Shown: positions 8,511 to 16,114 of the stretch, piece by piece
How positions within the stretch are numbered: position 1 is the stretch's first letter
Layout of the letters: the number at the start of each line of letters is the position of its first letter
Assembly: GCF_001652585.1 (NCBI RefSeq)
Contig: NZ_LWLG01000023.1
Coordinates: 1 to 21,313, forward strand
Reading direction: 5' to 3'
Length of the DNA stretch: 21,313 bases
Source: Thermosulfurimonas dismutans
GTDB taxonomy: Bacteria > Desulfobacterota > Thermodesulfobacteria > Thermodesulfobacteriales > Thermodesulfobacteriaceae
Position numbers and translations under genes: made by a program
Notes under the pieces: model-generated
Told to the model about the DNA's origin: nothing
The model's database searches: none
Seen by the model: only the letters and a program-made list of their open reading frames with translations

Positions 8511-9473
8511 ATGAGCAGCGTAAAAGATACTGTTTGTGCGGTAGTGGTTACTTACAACCGTAAGGGTTTGCTTATTGAATGTCTAGAGGCTTTGTGCAAA
8601 CAGACCAGGCCGGTACAGGGAATTTATTTAATAGACAATGCTTCTACGGATGGTACCCCTGACTTGCTTCTGGAGAAGGGGTATATAAAAGAATTACCTC
8701 CTGAGAATTTGTTAGAGCCCTGGGAGAAAGAATTCGAGATAAAAAACTTAACTGATGAGCAGCATATAAAATTCTACTATGTTCGAATGCATGAAAATAC
8801 CGGTGGTGCTGGTGGTTTTCATGAGGGTGTAAAAAGGGCTTATGAAAAGGGATATGATTGGTTGTGGTTAATGGATGATGATGTTGAGCCCTTGCCAAAG
8901 GCGTTGGAGACTCAATTGTCATATGCAGAGATTTCTAAATGTATTCATCCGTCTAGAAAATATGTAGATGGCAATAGAGTTTTGTGGGAGGTGTATTTGG
9001 ATCCTAAAAGTTCTAAAGAGATTTTTTTGAAAGACAGATCTTTTAAAGAAAAAAAATTAAATTATTGTTTAGTAAATGTTGGATGTTTCGAAGGGATGTT
9101 GATCCATCGAGATATTGTTGCTAGGATAGGTTATCCTGATAAAAGCTTTTTTATTTCAAAAGATGATACTATTTATGGTTTTTTGGCAAGTAAATTTACG
9201 AAGAATATTTATATTAGAGATATATGTTTTATTAAAAAGGTTAAAAAATTAAATAAACTTTCCGGGAAATCTTTATATTATTTTGTCAGGAATAGGTTTA
9301 TTTTATGTTTATATTTAAAAAGAGAAGGATATTTCACTTGCAAGTCTTATTTTTGGGTTTTTTATAAGATTTTCAGAATGTTGGTGTTTAATTTTGTAAA
9401 ACTAGATTTAAAGAGTTGTTATTTTATCTTGAAAGGTTTGTCTAACGGTTTGAAATTTGTTTCAAAATCTTGA
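8511..9473 (+). CDS. GT2-family glycosyltransferase (candidate galactofuranosyltransferase by context)
   Basis: VVVTYNRKGLLIECLEALCKQT...IYLIDNASTDGT and WLWLMDDDVEP (DxD) are GT-A/GT2 hallmarks. The gene starts 3 nt after the glf stop. The acceptor and donor assignment is inferred from adjacency only. Confidence 0.8.
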   Translation: MSSVKDTVCAVVVTYNRKGLLIECLEALCKQTRPVQGIYLIDNASTDGTPDLLLEKGYIKELPPENLLEPWEKEFEIKNLTDEQHIKFYYVRMHENTGGAGGFHEGVKRAYEKGYDWLWLMDDDVEPLPKALETQLSYAEISKCIHPSRKYVDGNRVLWEVYLDPKSSKEIFLKDRSFKEKKLNYCLVNVGCFEGMLIHRDIVARIGYPDKSFFISKDDTIYGFLASKFTKNIYIRDICFIKKVKKLNKLSGKSLYYFVRNRFILCLYLKREGYFTCKSYFWVFYKIFRMLVFNFVKLDLKSCYFILKGLSNGLKFVSKS

Positions 9474-9500
9474 GTTTTTATTTTATAAAGTGCTTTAAAA

Positions 9501-10718
9501 ATGCTTTCCAAAATAGCTGTTGTAATTTCTAGTTTGATATTAATTTTATTATCTTTTTATCCGTTAGCTTTCATAAGATTTTATATTGTCATTAGGACAC
9601 TTTTTCAGCCTTTTGCGAATAAGCATTTGACATTGTTTGGGAATTTTCCTATTAATGCCCCATTGCCTTTAATTTTGTTGTTTTATTCGTATTTGGCGTG
9701 TATTTTTAGGCAAGATTTTTCTTTATTTGTTCCTAATTCTGTATATCTTTATTTGTTCCTTTTTTGGAGTCTGCTTTCTTTGATAAATTCTTTTAATTTA
9801 TACGCTTCATTTGCTTTCATTTTTAAAATCTTAGCTGTAATTTCCGTTTACTTATTAATTTATAATTCAATAGAATCCGCTGAAGATTTCAAGAAGATTC
9901 ATAAGACAGTAGTGTTTTTAGCCTTAATAACTATATTCTATGGTTTTTGTCAAATTTTTTTAAAAGAAGGACAACCATTCTATGGACCTATAGTAAGAAT
10001 TAAAAGTTTTTTTTCTAGTGCCAATGAATTTGGTATTTTTCTTTCTTTAGCAATAATTTCAAATTTAATATTAGTAGCCATAGAAGGATTTAAAAAACAA
10101 TATAAGATTTTCTTAAGCTTAATGATATTAGCCTATATTTTGGCTTTAAATCGTGGATCGTGGATAGCTATGACTACTTCTATATTTTTGTCATATTTCT
10201 TTTTTAGGGATAAAATAAGATTAAGAAGTATTGTTTTACCTATTGCTATAATTTTTTTAATGTTTTCTCCAATTATAATATTGCGATTTCTTCAATTGGA
10301 AAATCCTGCAGAAAATACCTTTGTAGGCCGTATAAATTTCTGGAAAAATATGCTATATTTAATACCGCAACATCCTCTTTTAGGCTTTGGAATTGGAACT
10401 ACTGAGTTAGTATTTCAGTCTCTAACTGGACGAAAAATATATCCTCACAATGATTTTTTAAGATTATTTTTTGAAATGGGATTCGGGAGTATTTTTTATA
10501 TCCTCTTTTTAATTAAATCTTTATTGTTTTTTATTAAAAATAAAGCTAATAACTGGAAAACAAACTTTTTGTTTATTGTATCCCTTTTTTATTGGCTAAT
10601 TATTAGCATTCCCCAAAATATTGTTAATAATGTAGTATTATTTCCTTTATTTATGACTTTAATTGCTTCAGGATTAAAATATAACTTTTTAATAAATTTT
10701 GAGGGAAAACATATATAA
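9501..10718 (+). CDS. wzy: Wzy_C/O-antigen-ligase-family polytopic membrane protein (probable polymerase)
   Basis: It has about 10-12 hydrophobic segments. LNRGSWIAMTTSIF and the periplasmic-loop motif YPHNDFLRLFFEMGFGS are characteristic of the Wzy_C / WaaL family. Polymerase and ligase cannot be told apart from sequence, and the wzy call rests on pairing with wzx. Confidence 0.7.
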   Translation: MLSKIAVVISSLILILLSFYPLAFIRFYIVIRTLFQPFANKHLTLFGNFPINAPLPLILLFYSYLACIFRQDFSLFVPNSVYLYLFLFWSLLSLINSFNLYASFAFIFKILAVISVYLLIYNSIESAEDFKKIHKTVVFLALITIFYGFCQIFLKEGQPFYGPIVRIKSFFSSANEFGIFLSLAIISNLILVAIEGFKKQYKIFLSLMILAYILALNRGSWIAMTTSIFLSYFFFRDKIRLRSIVLPIAIIFLMFSPIIILRFLQLENPAENTFVGRINFWKNMLYLIPQHPLLGFGIGTTELVFQSLTGRKIYPHNDFLRLFFEMGFGSIFYILFLIKSLLFFIKNKANNWKTNFLFIVSLFYWLIISIPQNIVNNVVLFPLFMTLIASGLKYNFLINFEGKHI

Positions 10719-10724
10719 ATTACT

Positions 10725-11828
10725 ATGATTGAATGTAAACTTTATTATTTTTATAGTCCTCATTTAATACAAATCTATGAAGGATTTTATCGTTTAGCAA
10801 AAAAGAGACTCATTAAGTTGAAAATTGAAAAAATAAAAGGCGATCCACAAAAACCTATTTTAGAAGTAATTATTGATAATAAATACAAAGTTATTTATGA
10901 TACATTAGATGGCTTTAATTGGATTGAAGCTTCTGTAGAAGAAAACCTTGAGTTTTTTAAAAAAAGATTTGTAAATGTGGATTATTACTTTAAAAGAAGT
11001 TTTTCAAAAATTTTATATAAATATGCCCCGTCTAATTGTAAGATTTATCCTTTAGGTTTGAATTTTTCTTTTGATCCATCTTATTTTGTGTTGGAATGGA
11101 AATATTTAGTTAAGAATATAGTCCAAAAAGTATGGCCAATTTTTTATAAAATTCAATCGATTTCTATTATTAAGAACAAATTTCCTAAATTAGGTTATAT
11201 TTCTGAAAAATTGCTATTAGAAAATTTTGAGTTTCCACCTATTAGTACACAAAATAAAGTGTTATTTATAACTCGATTATTTGATCCTATGAAGTTCCCT
11301 TTATGTTATAGAGAAGAAGTAGAAAAATTAAATGAAACCAGAATTTTAATAATTAGATCTTGCAAAAAAGAGCTTAAAAATATATTTACTGGTGGATTGT
11401 ATGAAGATGAATATTCTTTAAAAGTTGCTAAAAATTTAACAATATCTAGAAATATTACAAGAAGATCTAATTTTGTTAAGTTAATTAAATTACATAATAT
11501 TTGTATATCTACAACAGGATTACATAAATCTATTGGATGGAAATTTGTAGAATATGTTGCTGCATCTAGAGCTATAATTACAGAACCTCTTTTTTATCAA
11601 TTACCCGGAAATTTTAAGGTGGACAAGAATTATTTAGAATTTAGAAATATAGATGAATTATTAGAGAATATTTATACTCTTTTAAGAGATCAAGGAAAGA
11701 TCAAAGATATAATGCGAGCTAATTTTTATTATTATAATATGTATGTTAAACCCGAAAATTTAGTTTTAAATACACTATTAAAAATAAAGAATTTTTTAGG
11801 AAAAAATGATAATATTTATAGTGGGTAA
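10725..11828 (+). CDS. Putative GT-B-like glycosyltransferase (CgeB / Glyco_trans_1_2-like C-terminal half)
   Basis: The C-terminal stretch ICISTTGLHKSIGWKFVEYVAASRAIITEPL...NYLEFRNIDELLENIYTLLRD resembles the C-terminal nucleotide-sugar-binding half of CgeB-like GT-B enzymes. The N-terminal half is unrecognised. Confidence 0.4.
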   Translation: MIECKLYYFYSPHLIQIYEGFYRLAKKRLIKLKIEKIKGDPQKPILEVIIDNKYKVIYDTLDGFNWIEASVEENLEFFKKRFVNVDYYFKRSFSKILYKYAPSNCKIYPLGLNFSFDPSYFVLEWKYLVKNIVQKVWPIFYKIQSISIIKNKFPKLGYISEKLLLENFEFPPISTQNKVLFITRLFDPMKFPLCYREEVEKLNETRILIIRSCKKELKNIFTGGLYEDEYSLKVAKNLTISRNITRRSNFVKLIKLHNICISTTGLHKSIGWKFVEYVAASRAIITEPLFYQLPGNFKVDKNYLEFRNIDELLENIYTLLRDQGKIKDIMRANFYYYNMYVKPENLVLNTLLKIKNFLGKNDNIYSG

Positions 11829-12816
11829 TAGTAGAAGTGGTACTACTTTAATGGCCGAGATTTTAAATAAGCATCCTTTGATTTATTCTTTTAATGAATT
11901 ACATTTTTTTGAAATGCTATACGATCCTAATGATAACTCAATTAACGATAAAAAAATTTTGAACATGCTGACAAAATTATATTGGTCTCATAAAGGTAGT
12001 GATTGGGTTAAATGTAATATAGATGATTGTTATAATGATGCTTTGTTGTTATATAATAAACTTTGTTTTGAAAATAAAATTGAACATCCAATAGAAATAT
12101 ATAAAAATTTTTTGTATATTGAAACACAAAAAATGGGAAAACTTTTCCCTTGTGAGCAAACGCCACGTAACTTATTTTATTTAAAAGAAATTTTACAGTA
12201 CTTTTCTGATTCGAAGATTATATATATGATTCGAGATCCTAGAGCAGTATTAGCTTCACAAAAAAACAAATGGAAAATGAAATTTTTAGGACATAGTAAT
12301 ATGCCTCTGAGAGAAGCTATACGTTCTTGGATAAATTATCATCCTTATACAATAAGTAAGCTTTGGAATTCAGCTTCCAAGGCTATTAAGCCTTTTTTAT
12401 CTCATCCAAACGTTTTAGTAGTAAAATTTGAAGAATTGGTAAATGATCCTTACAGAACAATTAAAAAGACGTGTGATTTTCTGGAAGTAGAATTTTATAA
12501 TGAAATGTTGGATGTTCAGTTGGCCGGATCTTCTGTCTATAAAAAGGGTAAAAAAGGTTTCAGAAAAGAGGTAATAAGTGCTTGGAAAAATAAAGGATTA
12601 AATAAAACTGAAATATATATATGCCAAGAAGTTAATAAAAAAGAGATGGAATTCTGGGGATATGATTTTGAAAAAGTTAGTCCAAACTATTTATTTTTTG
12701 TTTATTATTTGATAACTTTTCCTATTAAAACATCTATGGCATTAATCTTTAATTTAAGAAGGTCAAAAAATATTTTTAATGCAATGAAAAGGCGCTTAGT
12801 AAGTTTAGAGAATTAA
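11806..12816 (+). CDS. PAPS-dependent sulfotransferase
   Basis: IIFIVGNSRSGTTLMAEILNKHP corresponds to the 5'-phosphosulfate-binding loop. IIYMIRDPRAVLAS corresponds to the 3'-phosphate-binding motif of the sulfotransferase fold. The gene overlaps the previous one by 23 nt. Confidence 0.8.
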   Translation: MIIFIVGNSRSGTTLMAEILNKHPLIYSFNELHFFEMLYDPNDNSINDKKILNMLTKLYWSHKGSDWVKCNIDDCYNDALLLYNKLCFENKIEHPIEIYKNFLYIETQKMGKLFPCEQTPRNLFYLKEILQYFSDSKIIYMIRDPRAVLASQKNKWKMKFLGHSNMPLREAIRSWINYHPYTISKLWNSASKAIKPFLSHPNVLVVKFEELVNDPYRTIKKTCDFLEVEFYNEMLDVQLAGSSVYKKGKKGFRKEVISAWKNKGLNKTEIYICQEVNKKEMEFWGYDFEKVSPNYLFFVYYLITFPIKTSMALIFNLRRSKNIFNAMKRRLVSLEN

Positions 12817-12819
12817 ATA

Positions 12820-14025
12820 ATGGAAATTCTTATAGCAAACAAATTTTTTTATCTTAAAGGCGGTTCAGAACGAGTTCTTTTTCAAGAAAGAGAGTTCTTG
12901 TTGAATAATAAGATTAAAGTAATAGATTTTTCTATGAAAGATTCCAGAAATTTTTCTTCTGAATATTCATCTTATTTTGTCTCCTATATTGACTATTACA
13001 CCACAAATAGATTTCTTATTAAATTAAAAAACGCTTTCAAATTTATTCATTCTCCAGAGGCGGTTCGAAAAATTAAATTTTTAATTCAAAAGGAAAAGCC
13101 GGATATTGCCCATCTGCATAACATTTACCACCAGTTGACACCTTCCATCATTCATCCTCTCAAGGAACAAGGGGTGAAAGTGATTCTAACCCTGCACGAC
13201 GGGAAGCTCATCTGCCCTACCTACCTTATGCTTGACCGGAAAATAAAGCTCTGCCTTGAGTGCCAGGGAAAGTATTTTTACAAACCGTTTCTCAAAAACT
13301 GTGCTGGCTCACGCTTCAAGGGGCTTCTTTTGATGGTGGAAGCTTACTGGCATAAGTTCTTTAAATCCTATGACAAGGTGGACCTTTTTATTGCTCCCAG
13401 TCGGTTTTTGGCAGAAGTGGTCTCGCAACGGATTCCGCGGGAGAAAATCGTAGTTCTTCGCAACGGGATAGACCTTAACGAATACCGGCCTACCTATGAG
13501 GATGGTGGATACGCCCTTTACTTCGGAAGGCTTTCCCGGGAGAAAGGCGTGGAGACCCTACTTGAGGCTCACCAGGAAGTGGCCAAAGAGATCCCCCTCA
13601 AAATAGTTGGGACCGGGCCGATGGAAGCCGAGCTTAAGGCGAAATATCCGGAGGCGGAGTTTTTGGGTTATCGGACAGGGGAGGAGCTCAAGTCGCTTGT
13701 GGCCCGGGCTTCCTTTGTGGTGGTGCCCTCGGAATGTTACGAAAACTGTCCTATGACTGTGCTTGAGGCCATGGCATTGGGGAAACCCATTATTGCAAGC
13801 CGCATCGGGGGGCTTCCGGAGCTCGTGGAGGAGGGTAAAACGGGGCTTCTTTTCGAGATGGGGAATGTGGAGGAATTAAAAGAAAAGATGCTTTTTCTGT
13901 GGAAGAACAAGGATCTTCGGCGGGAGATGGGGCGAGCTGCGCGGCAAAAGGCGGAGCGGGAATTTTCCCTCGAGAAACACTGCGAGGAACTCCTGCGAAT
14001 ATACCGAAGGCTTCTTGAGAGTTAG
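12820..14025 (+). CDS. GT4-family (GT-B, retaining) glycosyltransferase
   Basis: GRLSREKGVETLLEA...IVGTGPMEAEL...VVVPSECYENCPMTVLEAMALGKPIIASRIGGLPELVEEGKTGLLF includes the E-x7-E motif. The nucleotide composition switches from AT-rich to GC-rich at about nt 13090, inside the ORF. Confidence 0.9.
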   Translation: MEILIANKFFYLKGGSERVLFQEREFLLNNKIKVIDFSMKDSRNFSSEYSSYFVSYIDYYTTNRFLIKLKNAFKFIHSPEAVRKIKFLIQKEKPDIAHLHNIYHQLTPSIIHPLKEQGVKVILTLHDGKLICPTYLMLDRKIKLCLECQGKYFYKPFLKNCAGSRFKGLLLMVEAYWHKFFKSYDKVDLFIAPSRFLAEVVSQRIPREKIVVLRNGIDLNEYRPTYEDGGYALYFGRLSREKGVETLLEAHQEVAKEIPLKIVGTGPMEAELKAKYPEAEFLGYRTGEELKSLVARASFVVVPSECYENCPMTVLEAMALGKPIIASRIGGLPELVEEGKTGLLFEMGNVEELKEKMLFLWKNKDLRREMGRAARQKAEREFSLEKHCEELLRIYRRLLES

Positions 14026-14032
14026 GTGATCG

Positions 14033-16114
14033 ATGAGAATTTTTTGGCTCCTTGTTTTGCTGTGCTTTTTTTCGGTTTCTCCCTTGCTAGCGCAACCTGC
14101 GGCTGAAATTACCATCAACTTTGAGGAAGTGGAGAGGGTTAATCCCTACATTTTCGGCCAGGGAATATTGGGTTTCGATCCCTGTAAAACGCGAAGGAAA
14201 AACCGAAAGTTTTGTGTAAACGACGGAAGATTTACCAATTTCGGAGCCGGAGTCTGGGACCCACTTTTGAGAAGGCCAAACGCGGTTCTGGTAGACCTTG
14301 CCAAAAGAATAAAAGTTTCTGTTTTGCGTTTTCCCGGAGGGTGCGGTACCCATCATTACGACTGGAAAAGGGCCATCGGGCCGGTTGAAAAGCGGCCCAT
14401 GTACAGATTCGGCATAGACGAGTTCATGGAGCTCTGTCAGGCTGTAGGAGCTAAACCTATTATTGTTTTGAGTTATTTCACCGGGACCTGCCAGAACCTA
14501 GCGGATCTGGTGGAGTATCTCAATGCTCCCCTCGGGACCAACCCCAACGGCGGGGTGGCCTGGGCGGAGGTGCGGGCCGCCAATGGGCACCCGGAGCCTT
14601 ATGGGGTGAGATGGTTTGAATTTGGGAACGAAGTGTGGCATGGGGATCATAGGAAAATTTCCGCTGTAGATCCAAGAGAATATGGAGAACGGTATCTTGA
14701 ATGTCAAAAGTTAATTAAAAACATTGATCCTAAGATTAAACTCGGAGCAGTAATGAGAAGAAGTTTATATGGATTAGGCTGGTGGAGTCGAACTGTTCTT
14801 TCTGTAATTAAAGAAAATGTCGATTTCGTAATTTTTCATATCTATCCTCCTGGTTATCGATCTGATAGAAATGAAATATCTACTAATGAACTTTTTAAAA
14901 TAGCTTTGGCTGCTCCTGAGCAAATTAGCGATTCTCTTTTTAGGATCTCTAAACAATTAAAAGAAATTACTAGGAGAGAGATTCCGATTGCTATTACCGA
15001 ATATAATGGTGGTTTTGTGCAAAATAAGCCGGTACCATACAGGCATTCTCTAGGAAATGCTCTTCTAATTGCGGATCTTTTAAGAGTATTTTTGACGGCA
15101 AATACGCCTATTTTGTGCGCTAATTATCACCATTTTTCTAATTCTTATTGGGGATTAGTTTATAATCCTCGATATTTGAAATTAAGGGATAGATATTATA
15201 TGAGACCTAATTATTATGTATTTGAATTGTATGCCAATCATTTTGGAGATATTTTATTAAAAACTAAAGTGAAATCAAAAAGTTATTTTCAATCTGGCTA
15301 TAAAAACATTTTACCTTCTATAAAAACTAAAAAAGTATCCTCTCAAAATTTAAATTTTTCAGAGATCTATAAAGAAAAAGTTTTGAGAATTGATTTTAAA
15401 TGGCTTCCTCCGTGTGTTAAAGTAAAAAAATATTCTGATTATTCGGTAATTCATTTTGATTGCGAAAAACGTAATAAGTTAGGAATATATTTTATTGATA
15501 AAATTCAAAATGTTAAACCTAATTGGTTATATTTTTGGGAAACCGAAATAAAAACAAACTTGGCAAAAGCATGGTTTTTTATAGCAATTAAAGATCAAAG
15601 GTATAGACGTATTAAACATTCAAAGATTTTATGGGGAAATACAGAGTGGATAAAAACCGGCTTTGATTTTAAGACTCCCGATAATATTAAAATTTTAAAT
15701 CTGCTGTTTTTTATCAAAGGAAAAGAAAATAAAGGAATTAAGGGAACAGTCTATATTAAAAATATGAAAATTGGGGAACTTGGCTCGGCCCCGCAATACG
15801 GGCCGACGCCATATATTTCGGCCTTGGCGAGCACCAACGAGAAGAGGAACCGAATCTACCTCATGGTGATCAACAAAAACCTGGAAGAACCTATGAGGAC
15901 GCGGATAAAAATAAATGGCTTTCCCTCTGGTCCCGTGGTTCGGGCCTGGGTGCTGAACGGGCCTTCGGTGACCGCCACCAATGAAAATCGGCAAGAAAGG
16001 GTTAAAATCCATTACCAAGAGGTGGAGGTGGATCCGGGGAAAGAATACTTTTGGTTTACCTTCGAGCCGCATTCGGTAACGGCCTTAGAGTTAACACGTA
16101 GGGAGGGAACTTGA
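14033..16114 (+). CDS. Secreted GH51-like glycoside hydrolase (alpha-L-arabinofuranosidase family) with an internal extra module
   Basis: The signal peptide is MRIFWLLVLLCFFSVSPLLA|QP. Blocks collinear with GH51 AbfA are LRFPGGCGTHHYDWKRAIGPVEKRP, FGIDEFMELCQAVGAKPIIV, DLVEYLN and WFEFGNEVW (acid/base Glu in GNE). Further blocks are VDFVIFHIY, IAITEYN (candidate nucleophile) and a C-terminal beta-sandwich ending FEPHSVTALEL. About 175 extra residues (roughly aa 410-585) lie between the barrel and the C-terminal domain. Confidence 0.75.
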   Translation: MRIFWLLVLLCFFSVSPLLAQPAAEITINFEEVERVNPYIFGQGILGFDPCKTRRKNRKFCVNDGRFTNFGAGVWDPLLRRPNAVLVDLAKRIKVSVLRFPGGCGTHHYDWKRAIGPVEKRPMYRFGIDEFMELCQAVGAKPIIVLSYFTGTCQNLADLVEYLNAPLGTNPNGGVAWAEVRAANGHPEPYGVRWFEFGNEVWHGDHRKISAVDPREYGERYLECQKLIKNIDPKIKLGAVMRRSLYGLGWWSRTVLSVIKENVDFVIFHIYPPGYRSDRNEISTNELFKIALAAPEQISDSLFRISKQLKEITRREIPIAITEYNGGFVQNKPVPYRHSLGNALLIADLLRVFLTANTPILCANYHHFSNSYWGLVYNPRYLKLRDRYYMRPNYYVFELYANHFGDILLKTKVKSKSYFQSGYKNILPSIKTKKVSSQNLNFSEIYKEKVLRIDFKWLPPCVKVKKYSDYSVIHFDCEKRNKLGIYFIDKIQNVKPNWLYFWETEIKTNLAKAWFFIAIKDQRYRRIKHSKILWGNTEWIKTGFDFKTPDNIKILNLLFFIKGKENKGIKGTVYIKNMKIGELGSAPQYGPTPYISALASTNEKRNRIYLMVINKNLEEPMRTRIKINGFPSGPVVRAWVLNGPSVTATNENRQERVKIHYQEVEVDPGKEYFWFTFEPHSVTALELTRREGT

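Noticed and set aside
6739-12266. A7-A8 / T6-T7 homopolymer tracts inside several cassette genes (for example near 6740, 6800-6820, 9049-9058, 10957-10970, 12260-12266) as phase-variation switches
   Set aside because: Runs of this length are expected by chance in DNA that is ~20-25% GC. All tracts are currently in frame, and there is no population evidence of length variation.
14087-16072. Minus-strand ORFs inside the GH51-like gene (14087..14356, 14498..14707, 14774..14956, 15695..16072)
   Set aside because: They are antisense to a well-supported hydrolase ORF. Most are confined to its GC-rich segments, as expected for compositional artefacts, and none shows a recognisable motif.
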